Notes: a model not told the origin generated them from the letters alone. Shown: positions 53,122 through 62,884, counted from the first letter of the stretch. The stretch is 64,000 nt of DNA from an uncultured Gemmatimonadales bacterium (GCA_963825055.1 CAWGSK010000012.1:384001-448000); one strand, 5' to 3'. Numbers and translations: made by a program.

Positions 53122-56100
53122 CCCTCTCCGCACTGACCTATCGCCATCGCCGGCTGATTTATCTGCTGGTGGTGGCCGTGACCGGCGCGGGCCTGCTGGC
53201 CCTCTTCAGCCTCCCCGCGAGCATCTACCCGGAGGCGAACTTCTCCCGGATCGCAATCATCGCCCAGAGCGCGACTCGCGGCCCCCGCGACATGACCGTG
53301 GCGGTCACCCGGCCGATCGAGGAGGCCATGGGTGGTGTCCTGGAGTTACGCCGGATTCGCTCGCGGACCGTGCAGGGGGCCGTGGAGATCAGCCTCGACT
53401 TCAGTCCGTCGGCGGACATCCAGGTGGCACTGCAGCAGGTGCAGGGCCGGCTCGCGGCGCTCCGTGCCGATCTTCCGCCCGACGTGTCGCTGTTCGCCGA
53501 CCGCCTCACCCCGTCCGCGTTCCCCATCATCCAGTACCAGTTGACGGGCGCGTCTCCCATCGTGCTGCGTGACCTGGCCCAGTATCTCATCCGGCCCCGC
53601 CTGGCCGGCCTGCCCGACGTCGGCAGCGTGGAGGTGCAGGGCGGGCGTGTCCGGCAGATCACGATCGCGCTGGACCCGGCCCGCCTGACGTCCACGGGCA
53701 TCGGGGTGAGCGAAGTCGCGGATGCGGTGCGTTCGGCCAATGTCGTGACTGCCGCCGGGAGGATCTCCCGGAACTACCGCCAGTACAGCGTGATCGTTTC
53801 CGGCCTCACTCCCGATCCTGCGGCGGTGGGCGAGGTGGTGGTGCGGCAGTCCGACGGGCGCAATGTGCGCGTGGCCGACCTCGGCCACGTGGCCTATGGG
53901 ATGGACGACCAGTTCCAGATCTTCACCGGCGACGGCCGGCCGGCCGCCCTGATCAACGTGTCACGCCAGCTGAACGGCAATGTGCTCACCGTGGAACACG
54001 GTGTCGCGGCCGTGATGGACTCCATCCGGCCGCAACTGCCGCGCGGGGCGCAACTGGAGCTGGTGTACAACCAGGCCGCGCTGGTCCGCGAATCGGTCGG
54101 CAGCGTCCGCGACGCGATGTTGCTCGGCGGGTTCTTTGCAGTCCTCGTGCTTCTGGTCTTCCTCGGCAACTGGCGGGTGACCCTCGCGGCGGCCCTGACG
54201 CTCCCCCTTTCCGTCATCGGCACCTTCGCAGGACTGCGTCTCGCCGGGCAGTCGCTCAACCTCATGTCCCTCGGGGGGCTCGCCGTGGCGATCGGGCTCA
54301 TCATCGACGATGCCGTGGTCGTCGTCGAGAACATCGAGCGCCGCCTCGCCCTCCATCCGGACGATCCTCCCGGCGAGGTGGTGCGCCGCGGCACTGACGA
54401 GATCTTCGGGGCCGTCGCCGGCTCGACCCTCACGACCGTGGTCGTGTTCGCGCCGCTGGGCCTGCTGGAGGGGGTGGTCGGCGACTTCTTCCGCAGCTTC
54501 GCGATTGCCCTGGCCATCTCGGTGGTCCTCTCCCTGGTGCTGGCGATGACACTGATCCCCGCGCTGGTGGAGCACTGGCTGCTGTCGGCCGGCGTTCTGT
54601 CCTCCCGACGGGGACTGTCGCTGGCGAAACTGGAGGCGTGGTACACCCGCCGGGTGGCCGGCATCCTGCGGCACCGCCGGCTGGCGCTTCTGGGGGTCGC
54701 GGGGCTGGTGGTCCTTGCCGTGGGCCTTTCCCGGGTCATGGGGACGGACTTCCTGCCCGCCATGGACGAGGGCGGTTTCATTCTCGACTACTGGACCCCG
54801 ACGGGGAGCTCCCTCGCGGAAACGGACCGCGAGTTGCGCCAGATCGAGGGAATTCTCAAGGCGGACCCCGACGTCCAGGCGTTTTCCCGGCGGACAGGTA
54901 CCGAGCTCGGGTTCGCGGCCACCGCCCCGAACCGGGGCGACTTCACGGTACTGCTGAAGCCGGGGTCGGCGCGATCATCGTCAGTGTACGAGGTCATGGA
55001 TCGCGTACGGGTCCGGATCGAGACGGAGACGCCCGAGGTCCGAGTGGAGTTCGTCCAGTTGCTCCAGGATATCATCGGGGACCTCGCGGGCAATCCCGAG
55101 CCAGTGGAGGTCAAGCTCTTCAGCGCGGACCAGGCGGCAGCCGAGCGTTCAGGCGTGGCCATCGGAAACGCGATCGACACCATCCCCGGCCTGGTGGACG
55201 TATTCAACGGCGTGCAGGGACGCAATCCGGAGGTCCGGGTCGCCCTCGACCCCCGCGCGGCCCGGCGTCTGGGCCTCACGAACGAAGCGGTGTCTGACCA
55301 GGCCCGCGCCTCGCTCTTCGGGACGGAGGCCGGTACGGCGAGGGAATTCGACCGCCTCGTCCCGATTGTGGCCCGGCTCCCGGACAGCGTCCGGTTCGAT
55401 CCCGGCATCGTCTCACGCCTGCCGGTGGTCGGTCCGGACGGCTGGGCGCCGCTTGCCAGCCTGGGATCGGTGCGGGACACGAGCGAAGCGGCGGAGCTGC
55501 AGCGGGAGAACCTGCGGCCGCTCATCGCCGTCACGGGCCGGGTGAGCGGGTCGAGCCTTGGCGCCGTCATGCAGCGCGTCCGGCAGGCGGTGTCGAAGGT
55601 GCCGCTGCCGGCGGGGGTTGAGCTCGAGCTCGGCGGGCAGTACGTCAGCCAGCGCCGCGCCTTCCGGCAGCTCTTCCTGGTATTCCTCCTGGCGACCGTG
55701 GCCGTGCTCGGCGTCCTGGTGGCACAGTTCCGCAGCTATCGTGGGGCCCTCGCGATCGCACTGGCGGCGCCGCTTGGCATTACCGGAGCCTTCCTGGCGC
55801 TGGTCGTCACCGGCGTGCCGTTCAACGTTTCGAGCTTCATGGGGCTGATCCTGCTCATCGGCCTCGTCGTGAAGAACGGCATCATCCTCCTCGACGCCGC
55901 CATGCGACAGCGCGAGGCCGGGCTTGGGGAGGAGGAGGCCCTGGTGGAGGCCGGCCGGATCCGGATGCGGCCGATCCTGATGACGACCCTGTGCACCCTG
56001 GCCGGCCTGCTGCCGCTGGCTTTCGGGTTCGGCAGTGGCTCGGAACTGCAGCGACCCCTGGCCATCGCGGTGGTCGGCGGTCTTACGTTGTCCACCGTCG

Positions 56101-56171
56101 TCACCCTGGTCATGCTGCCGGTTGGCCTTGAGTGGCTCGGGGCGCTCCGGGAGCGTTCCGACGGTATGTGA
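53118..56171 (+). CDS. RND efflux permease (AcrB/CzcA superfamily)
   Basis: 1017 aa; NLMSLGGLAVAIGLIIDDAVVVVENI, GLVVKNGIIL, RMRPILMT and PLAIAVVGGL. Confidence 0.95.
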   Translation: MTLSALTYRHRRLIYLLVVAVTGAGLLALFSLPASIYPEANFSRIAIIAQSATRGPRDMTVAVTRPIEEAMGGVLELRRIRSRTVQGAVEISLDFSPSADIQVALQQVQGRLAALRADLPPDVSLFADRLTPSAFPIIQYQLTGASPIVLRDLAQYLIRPRLAGLPDVGSVEVQGGRVRQITIALDPARLTSTGIGVSEVADAVRSANVVTAAGRISRNYRQYSVIVSGLTPDPAAVGEVVVRQSDGRNVRVADLGHVAYGMDDQFQIFTGDGRPAALINVSRQLNGNVLTVEHGVAAVMDSIRPQLPRGAQLELVYNQAALVRESVGSVRDAMLLGGFFAVLVLLVFLGNWRVTLAAALTLPLSVIGTFAGLRLAGQSLNLMSLGGLAVAIGLIIDDAVVVVENIERRLALHPDDPPGEVVRRGTDEIFGAVAGSTLTTVVVFAPLGLLEGVVGDFFRSFAIALAISVVLSLVLAMTLIPALVEHWLLSAGVLSSRRGLSLAKLEAWYTRRVAGILRHRRLALLGVAGLVVLAVGLSRVMGTDFLPAMDEGGFILDYWTPTGSSLAETDRELRQIEGILKADPDVQAFSRRTGTELGFAATAPNRGDFTVLLKPGSARSSSVYEVMDRVRVRIETETPEVRVEFVQLLQDIIGDLAGNPEPVEVKLFSADQAAAERSGVAIGNAIDTIPGLVDVFNGVQGRNPEVRVALDPRAARRLGLTNEAVSDQARASLFGTEAGTAREFDRLVPIVARLPDSVRFDPGIVSRLPVVGPDGWAPLASLGSVRDTSEAAELQRENLRPLIAVTGRVSGSSLGAVMQRVRQAVSKVPLPAGVELELGGQYVSQRRAFRQLFLVFLLATVAVLGVLVAQFRSYRGALAIALAAPLGITGAFLALVVTGVPFNVSSFMGLILLIGLVVKNGIILLDAAMRQREAGLGEEEALVEAGRIRMRPILMTTLCTLAGLLPLAFGFGSGSELQRPLAIAVVGGLTLSTVVTLVMLPVGLEWLGALRERSDGM

Positions 56172-56234
56172 CCTGCTTCCTCGACGTCACCCCTGCCCGG
56201 GTGTTAGTTCAGGGACGCGAAAGGGGGAGGCGGC

Positions 56235-57141
56235 GTGACGCTACGAGACTTCGGCAGGCTGCTCAAGCAGACGGCCATTGGATGGGACAGTGACAACATC
56301 GCCCGGCACGGGGCGGCGCTCTCCTTCTATGCGCTCTTCTCGATGGCGCCCCTCCTGCTCGTCGTGATCGCCATCACCGGCATGTTGTTCACCACCTCGA
56401 CGGTCGAGACCCAGCCTCCTGGCGGAGATCCGGGGCATGATCGGGTCCGAGGGTGCGAACACGGTCCAGACCGTCATCCGCAATGCCTCCCTCCCCGGCA
56501 GGAGCATCCCCGCAATCATCGTCGGCGGCCTCACTTTCTTCATGGGCGCAACCGCCGCCTTTGCGGCCCTTCAGGGTGCGCTGAACGCGGTCTGGAACGT
56601 CGAGCCGCGGGCGGGGAGCGTCGTCTGGAGCCTCGTACGCACCCGGATCCTCTCTTTCGCGATGGTGGTCGGCGCAGGATTCCTGCTCCTGGTGTCCCTG
56701 GCCCTGAGCGCCGGCCTTTCCGCTCTCTCCGATGCGCTCGGCCGGCTCATCCCCGGACCCGTCGCCGTGTGGCAGGTGGCCGATACGCTGCTCACGTTCG
56801 GCGTCGTCACGCTGTTGTTCGCCGGGATCTACAAGGTGCTGCCTGACGTGGAGCTGGCCTGGGCGGATGTCTGGAGGGGCGCGGCGATCACCGCCGCGTT
56901 CTTCACCGGGGGCAAGTTCCTCATCGGCCTCTACCTGGGGCAGAGTGCCATTGCCTCGAGCTATGGCGCGGCCGGGTCGCTCGTGGTGCTGCTCTTCTGG
57001 ATCTACTACAACTCGCAGATCGTCCTGCTCGGCGCCGAGTTTACCCAGAAGTACGTGCTGGAATACCGTCACCAGAGGGTGAAGCCGTCGGAGCATGCGG
57101 AAGAGACAGGGAACAGGGAAGGGGGAGCAGGGAAGAGGTAA
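56235..57141 (+). pseudogene. YihY/virulence factor BrkB family membrane protein, split by a +1 frameshift near 56415 (possibly a sequencing error)
   Basis: GAALSFYALFSMAPLL in frame 1; ALNAVW, YKVLPD and YGAAGSLVVLLFWIYYNSQI in the next frame. Junction CAG-C-CTC-CTG. Confidence 0.85.
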
Positions 57142-57202
57142 CCCCCCTCCAGCCCATTCCCCACACTCCTGTTCCCTGTTGCCTGTTCCCTCTTCCCTCC
57201 CG
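57104..57202. repeat. Degenerate heptamer repeats (AACAGGG-like) followed by their inverted complement (CCCTGTT-like)
   Basis: gacaggg-aacaggg-aaggggg-agcaggg-aagagg ... tcctgtt-ccctgtt-gcctgtt-ccctctt, spanning the yihY stop. Confidence 0.75.
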
Positions 57203-57382
57203 TACTAGAGGATCACCCTGACCCCTCCGAGCTCCTCGATCCGTAACGTCGGGGTCCCGGCGGCGGGAAGGAAACCGCCGTGGAAGATGCCCGCGTGGCG
57301 GGGATTTTTCCACCGGCGGCCCCGCTGGGCCTGTACACGATCGCTGCTATCTTACGTCGTCGCGACCCTCACGCGGAGTCCC

Positions 57383-59509
57383 ATGGGACACCTTCCGGAT
57401 TTCCTGGGCAGCCTGGCGCTGGTCCTTGGCGTCGCCGCCATCACGACGATTCTCTTCCAGCGGCTCCGGCAGCCCGTCGTCCTGGGCTACCTGGTAGCCG
57501 GGTTGCTGGTGGGTCCGCATGTCGCGCTTATCCCCGTGGCGGACATCGAGACCGTTCGCGCGCTGGCCGAGCTGGGCGTCATCCTGCTCATGTTTTCCCT
57601 CGGGCTCGACTTCAACCTCCACAAGCTGGCCCGCCTTGCCCCGACGGCGGGCCTGGTCGCCGCGGTTGAGGTCGGCCTGATGCTCACCCTGGGCTACCTC
57701 GCCGGCCAGCTGCTGGGCTGGAGTACGCTGGAGAGCGTGATCGCCGGCGGGATCGTGGCCATCTCCAGCACGATGATCATCGCGCGATCGCTCGCCGAGC
57801 AGGGAGTGGAGGGCCGCTTCACTGACCTGGTGTTCGGCGTACTCATCGTGGAGGACCTGGTTGCCATCCTCCTCCTCGCCGCCCTTCCGACGCTCGTGTC
57901 GGGCACCGGCCTCTCGGCGGGTGGCATGCTCGCGATGCTGGGCCGGCTGGGGCTCTTCCTGGCCCTGGCCCTGGGGGGCGGGCTCCTGATCATCCCGCGG
58001 CTGTTCCGCACGGTGGTACGCCTCCGCCGCCCGGAAACCACGGTGGTGGCGAGCGTCGGCTTCTGTTTCGCCGCCGCGCTGCTGGCCATGCGGGCGGGAT
58101 ACTCCGTGGCCCTCGGCGCCTTCCTCGCCGGATCGCTTATCGCGGAATCGGGAGCTTCGCGCCAGGTCGCGGCGCTCATCCGGCCGGTTCGCGACATGTT
58201 CACGGCCGTCTTCTTCGTGGCTGTGGGCATGCTCCTCGATCCCCGGCTGGTGCTCGAGCACTGGTTTGCCATCCTGGTGCTCCTGGCCGTGGTACTCGTC
58301 GGCAAGGTACTGGGCGTGTCCGTAGGGGCATTCCTGAGCGGGGCCGGGACCCGGACGGCAGTCCGCAGCGGGATGAGCATGGCCCAGATCGGCGAGTTCT
58401 CTTTCATCATTGCCGGCGCCGGCCTCGCTGAGGCGCCGACCAACAACTTCCTGTACCCGGTGGCGGTGGCCGTCTCGGTAGTGACGGCGTTCACGACGCC
58501 CTGGATGATCCGGTGGTCCGAGCCGGCCGCGCTGCTGGTGGATCGTCGCCTGCCACATGCCCTCCAGACCTACGCGACCCTGTACGGCAGCTGGGTAGAG
58601 ACCCTCCGGAGCGGCCGGAAATCCCCCGCTCCCGCCTCACGGCCGCGGCGCCTCATCCGGGTCATCATCGTGGACCTGCTGGGCCTTGCCGCGGTGATCA
58701 TCGGTACCTCCATCCTGCTGCCGCAGCTCGTGCAGGACCTCGGGCGGTCCGGCCTCAGCTCGACCATTGCCTGGTGGACGGTGGTCGCGGCGGGTGCCGC
58801 CCTCGCGTTCCCGTTCTGTTACGGCATGGTGCGGGCCGCGCGCCAACTGGTCCTGACGACCGTCGAGCGGGCATTCCCGGCGGTCGCGCACGGGGCCGTG
58901 GACCTGGGCAGGGCGCCGCGCCGCGCCCTGCTGATCACCCTGGAGATCGCGGCCGTCCTCGGCATCGGGGCGCCGCTCGTGGCGGTGACACTTCCGTTCG
59001 TTCCGTCCTACAGCGGGCCGACGTTCCTGGTGGTGGTCCTGACGCTGGTGGGCATCGCCTTCTGGCGAAGCGCGCGGGACCTCCAGGGGCACGTGCGGGC
59101 CACGTCGGACCTGGTTGTGGAGGCGCTGGCCCGGCAGGGAAGCGCGGGAGGACCCAACCTGCTCGAGCGGGTACAGGAGATGATACCGGGGATCGGAACC
59201 CTGGTGCCGGTCTCGCTGACACTGGACAGCCCCGCGGTGGGACAGTCACTGGCCGAACTGAACCTGCGGGGCCGGACCGGGGCGACCGTTGTGGCCGTGG
59301 CCCGGGGTGACGCCCGGATCGTGTTTCCGGAGGCAACTACGCGGCTCTTCGCGGGCGACCTCCTGGCGCTTACCGGCAGTCAGGACGCCATCCGGGCTGC
59401 CCGGATGATCCTCGAAGAGTCCAACCCGGATCCGCGACTCGGCCCGACCGTCGAGTTCCAGGTGCCACGCCCCATGCCGGGAGCGGGTGCCGGCCCGCCG
59501 CCCCGGTGA
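57383..59509 (+). CDS. CPA2/Kef-type cation:proton antiporter with C-terminal TrkA-C domain
   Basis: QPVVLGYL, AELGVILLMFSLGL, SSTMII, VEDLVA, QIGEFSFIIA and LAELNLRGRTGATVVAV. GGAG SD before ATG 57383. Confidence 0.92.
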   Translation: MGHLPDFLGSLALVLGVAAITTILFQRLRQPVVLGYLVAGLLVGPHVALIPVADIETVRALAELGVILLMFSLGLDFNLHKLARLAPTAGLVAAVEVGLMLTLGYLAGQLLGWSTLESVIAGGIVAISSTMIIARSLAEQGVEGRFTDLVFGVLIVEDLVAILLLAALPTLVSGTGLSAGGMLAMLGRLGLFLALALGGGLLIIPRLFRTVVRLRRPETTVVASVGFCFAAALLAMRAGYSVALGAFLAGSLIAESGASRQVAALIRPVRDMFTAVFFVAVGMLLDPRLVLEHWFAILVLLAVVLVGKVLGVSVGAFLSGAGTRTAVRSGMSMAQIGEFSFIIAGAGLAEAPTNNFLYPVAVAVSVVTAFTTPWMIRWSEPAALLVDRRLPHALQTYATLYGSWVETLRSGRKSPAPASRPRRLIRVIIVDLLGLAAVIIGTSILLPQLVQDLGRSGLSSTIAWWTVVAAGAALAFPFCYGMVRAARQLVLTTVERAFPAVAHGAVDLGRAPRRALLITLEIAAVLGIGAPLVAVTLPFVPSYSGPTFLVVVLTLVGIAFWRSARDLQGHVRATSDLVVEALARQGSAGGPNLLERVQEMIPGIGTLVPVSLTLDSPAVGQSLAELNLRGRTGATVVAVARGDARIVFPEATTRLFAGDLLALTGSQDAIRAARMILEESNPDPRLGPTVEFQVPRPMPGAGAGPPPR

Positions 59510-59593
59510 ACCCTGAGCGGGAGGACATCCGGCCGGGGTTAGATTTCCCGCAGCCGGATCGACACGACCCTCCCTCGAGCCACGGGGCCGGAG

Positions 59594-60049
59594 ATGCGCA
59601 AACCGCTCGGCATCATGTTCGTCGTGCTGATCGTCTGGACCCTCGTCAACATCGCGGTGTCCCTCCGCCTCTGGGGGCACCGGACCTACGTCGCGCCGGA
59701 AGACCGGCGGCAGCCGGTCATGCTCGATCCGGTCGAACGCGAAATGATCCTGACCCAGATGCGGGACTTTTCCCGGGCACTGCACGAGGCGCTGGATGCC
59801 GCGCGCCGCGGGGACACGGCGGCGGCGCGGGCTGTTGCCGCCGGAGCAGGGGACCTGAGCGCGCTCAAGCTCGAGTCGAACGACAACCTCCCACTGCCGT
59901 ACCGCCGCCTTGCCGCCGCCACCCACACTGCCTTCGACAGCCTCGCGGCCCGGGCCGGCCTCGGGCCGGACTCCGTCTTCGCCGCCACGCCGCACGTCAT
60001 GGGCACCTGCGTAGCCTGCCATTCGGCGTACCGGTTCGGGGTGAGGTAG
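59594..60049 (+). CDS. Membrane-anchored monoheme cytochrome c (class II/c'-like)
   Basis: N-terminal TM helix, helical body and C-terminal CVACH heme motif followed by YR. Confidence 0.78.
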   Translation: MRKPLGIMFVVLIVWTLVNIAVSLRLWGHRTYVAPEDRRQPVMLDPVEREMILTQMRDFSRALHEALDAARRGDTAAARAVAAGAGDLSALKLESNDNLPLPYRRLAAATHTAFDSLAARAGLGPDSVFAATPHVMGTCVACHSAYRFGVR

Positions 60050-60100
60050 CGCCGGGTCGTTGAGTCGTTCACTCGTTAAGTGGGTGAGTCGGTAGCTTCG

Positions 60101-60145
60101 GTCCGCCCTGTCCGCCCTGTCCGCCCTGTCCGCCCTGTCCGCCCT
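60101..60145. repeat. Perfect nonamer tandem repeat (GTCCGCCCT)x5
   Basis: Five exact copies abutting the stop codon of the ATP-grasp gene. Confidence 0.95.
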
Positions 60146-61614
60146 CAGTCACTGTTCAACCGCTTCAGGTACCACTGAATCAGTCGCTGCCAGAGGCGGT
60201 CCTTTTCGACGAGGTCCTCGTTACCGGTGTCGAGGTTGGGGTTGTCGTTAACCTCGATCACGAAGATGCCGCGCTCGTTCTGCTTGATGTCCACGCCGTA
60301 GAGCCCGTCACCGATGAGCCGGGCCGCGCGCACCGCTGCATCCACCACGCCGTGGGGTGCTTCTTCCAGCCGGAGCGCGTTGAGCTTTCCCTCCGTGACC
60401 TTGCCCTCCTTGCCGTGCTTCATGATCTGCCAGTGCGCCTTGGCCATGAGGTACTGGCACACGTAGAGGGGCTCCCCGTCCAGCACGCCGACCCGCCAGT
60501 CGAGATCCGTGTACATGTACTCCTGGGCCAGGATCAGGTCGGAATCCTCGAGAAGCGCCTCGGCGATGTCTTTCAGTTCACGCCGGTCGGAGGCCTTGTA
60601 CACCCCGCGACTGAAGCTTCCGTCCGGGATCTTGAGTACCACCGGGTAGCCGAACTCCTCCTCCAGGCGCTCGACCTGCTTGACGCTGTCCACCACGACC
60701 GTGCGTGGCGTGGCGATGCGGTTGGCCTGCAACAGTTCCGCGAGGTAGACCTTGTTGGTGCAGCGGAGGATGGAGGTCGGGTCGTCCAGGACGGGGATGC
60801 CTTCGAGCTCAGCCCGCTTGGCGAAGCGGTAGGTGTGGTTGTCCAGCGATGTCGTCTCGCGGATGAAGAGCGCGTCGAATTCCGCCAGACGCAGAAAGTC
60901 CTTTTTCTCGATCAGCTCCACTTCCACGTCGAGGCTCTCGGCAACCTTTGCCAGGCGCTGGAGGCTGCGTGGGCTGCTGGGCGGCAGCTGCTCCTTCGGA
61001 TTGTGGAGCACGGCGAGCGTGTAACGCGCCGGGGGGCGGCTGCGCGGCTGGCGCCATGACTGCCGCGTATAGCGCGGCAGCGCCTCGGTGAAGAGTGCCT
61101 CCAGGGAAGGCTCATCCTCCAGGTCGGCCAGCGACATGGCGCGGATGGAGGCGATCCGCAACCGCTCATCGAGGCGGACCTTCACTTCCAGCATGGGGCA
61201 CCGGAACCAGTCGAACACCCGGCGCGCGAAGGACTGGTAGTGGTTGTCGTCCGCGTACCCGAAGAAGATGTGGAGGGTGAACGGCTTGTCCGGATACTGT
61301 GCCAGCCGCCGCGCCCGCCGGTTCAGGTCGTCCTCGAGGTCGGGAATCGCGTAGCCGTACAGGCTCTTCTGGTTGAGGTCCAGCACCGTCTCGACCGTCG
61401 GAATGACACGATGGCTCCGGGCCTCCGCGAGGAGTGAGCAGTAGTAGCCCGCGCCAAGATAGGCATAGGAGCGGCTGAGGTTGATCACCTTCGGCTGCGC
61501 CCCGCGAACCAGGTCCGGCCGGGCGATATAGTCCCGGGTGGTAACGATGGTGTGCCCAGCGGTATCCCACCGGAAATCCGAGGGTCGATCCACGACGATC
61601 ACGGCGCGGCTCAT
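60145..61614 (-). CDS. RimK-family ATP-grasp ligase with N-terminal RLAN domain
   Basis: VINLSRSYAYLGAGYYCSLLAEAR, FDALFIRETT, CTNKVY, LKIPDGSFSRGV, DWRVGVL and IEVNDNPN; ATGA overlap with the upstream gene. Confidence 0.9.
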   Translation of the reverse strand: MSRAVIVVDRPSDFRWDTAGHTIVTTRDYIARPDLVRGAQPKVINLSRSYAYLGAGYYCSLLAEARSHRVIPTVETVLDLNQKSLYGYAIPDLEDDLNRRARRLAQYPDKPFTLHIFFGYADDNHYQSFARRVFDWFRCPMLEVKVRLDERLRIASIRAMSLADLEDEPSLEALFTEALPRYTRQSWRQPRSRPPARYTLAVLHNPKEQLPPSSPRSLQRLAKVAESLDVEVELIEKKDFLRLAEFDALFIRETTSLDNHTYRFAKRAELEGIPVLDDPTSILRCTNKVYLAELLQANRIATPRTVVVDSVKQVERLEEEFGYPVVLKIPDGSFSRGVYKASDRRELKDIAEALLEDSDLILAQEYMYTDLDWRVGVLDGEPLYVCQYLMAKAHWQIMKHGKEGKVTEGKLNALRLEEAPHGVVDAAVRAARLIGDGLYGVDIKQNERGIFVIEVNDNPNLDTGNEDLVEKDRLWQRLIQWYLKRLNSD

Positions 61615-62765
61615 GCAGACCCCCGGCGCGACAGGATAAGGGCGGCCTGCAGTTGCTGCCGGCCGTAGCGTGCCATGCGGTCGAAGTCGGCGCGCGGCAG
61701 GGGGAGGTTCGCCTGGTCCGCGCGGCTGGCAAAGTCGCCGGTGCTCACCCACGGGTCGTGGGCGTAGACGAACTGTCCGTCCGCCCCGAGAATCACCAGC
61801 CAGTGCGGTGTCTTCTGGTGGTAGAGGCGATAGGTGCTGACCAGGACGAGGGGGATGCCGCCCTGTGCCAGGGCCCGGTCGAGGTCTGCCGGACGGAGGG
61901 CCCGCCGCGTGACACCGATGTCCGTCTCCGCGACCTCTGCACGGAAGTCCTCCTGCACGAGCCGCATGACCTCCTTCTTGGCCGGGCTCCTCACGCTCTG
62001 GAGGAAGAGCGGCTGGTCGTCGGAGACGAAGATCCGCACGCCGAACCCGCGCGCGTGCGCCGCGAGTGCCAGGCCGAACGGTCCGCAACCTCCGTGGCCG
62101 GCCGTCATGAATATGGTGGTAGACTCGCGCCAGATCCGGAGTTCGAGCCGCCGCGAGGGCCGGATGCGCGGATCCAGCGTCGTCATGGCCATGAGCAGGG
62201 CAGCGGGACCGCAGGTGAAGTCCGTCGTCTGGCCGTAGAATGGCACCAGCCGCGAGGCAGGTATGTCATCGCCGGCCAGCCGTTTCTCGAACCGGAGGGC
62301 AGGGGAGCGGTCGGCGTAAAAGTCGAGGTAGCGACCGAAGGCACGATACCCTGCTTCCTCGTACAGGCGGATTGCCGCGCTGTTGTCCGGCCTCACCTCA
62401 AGGCGCAGTACCGCCTTGCCGGCCTTGAGTGCGGCGGCCTCGGCCCGTTCGAGCAGTTCGCTCCCGAGGCCGCGTCCCCGCGCGGCCGGGTCGATCGCGA
62501 GGGAATAGAGCCGGGCCATCGAAGCCCCCTCCCGGAGGAGCACCAGCACGTAGCCGAGCAGGCCATCCTTCCCTTCGGCGACGAAGGCAAGCGCATTGGC
62601 GTGCTGGAGGAAGTGACGGAACTGGCGGCGTGTCAGGCGGTCACTGGTGAAGCATCGCTCCTCGAGGGCGGCCAGGGCGGGGGCGTCGGAGCCCCGGGCA
62701 GGCCTGAGGCTCGGAGCAGTTACGCGACCTCGAGCGGGTCGTGAGGAGGCAGTTCGACGGGGCAC
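61611..62765 (-). CDS. GNAT acetyltransferase fused to a C39-like (papain-fold) peptidase
   Basis: RimI-like GNAT (RLYSLAIDPAARGRGLG, LEVRPDNSAAIRLY) plus YGQTTDFTCGPAAL, PHW and HDP. Confidence 0.88.
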   Translation of the reverse strand: MPRRTASSRPARGRVTAPSLRPARGSDAPALAALEERCFTSDRLTRRQFRHFLQHANALAFVAEGKDGLLGYVLVLLREGASMARLYSLAIDPAARGRGLGSELLERAEAAALKAGKAVLRLEVRPDNSAAIRLYEEAGYRAFGRYLDFYADRSPALRFEKRLAGDDIPASRLVPFYGQTTDFTCGPAALLMAMTTLDPRIRPSRRLELRIWRESTTIFMTAGHGGCGPFGLALAAHARGFGVRIFVSDDQPLFLQSVRSPAKKEVMRLVQEDFRAEVAETDIGVTRRALRPADLDRALAQGGIPLVLVSTYRLYHQKTPHWLVILGADGQFVYAHDPWVSTGDFASRADQANLPLPRADFDRMARYGRQQLQAALILSRRGSA

Positions 62766-62884
62766 GCGTCCTAAGATACAAGAACGCAGGGTCTTGCGGA
62801 GGCGGGCTGGCCGGTTGGGACTCTTGCAAGACCCCCTGAACTGGCCCGTGCAGTTTGCAGTGCGAATTATTGCAAGATGCGTAG

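Noticed and set aside
57258..57280. GGAAGGAA motif resembling SRP RNA domain IV
   Set aside because: The flanking CAGG and GCAG conserved elements of SRP RNA are absent.
62842..62859. Second sigma54-like motif TGGCCC...TTGCA upstream of the pilin gene
   Set aside because: GG to GC spacing is 12 nt rather than the required 10.
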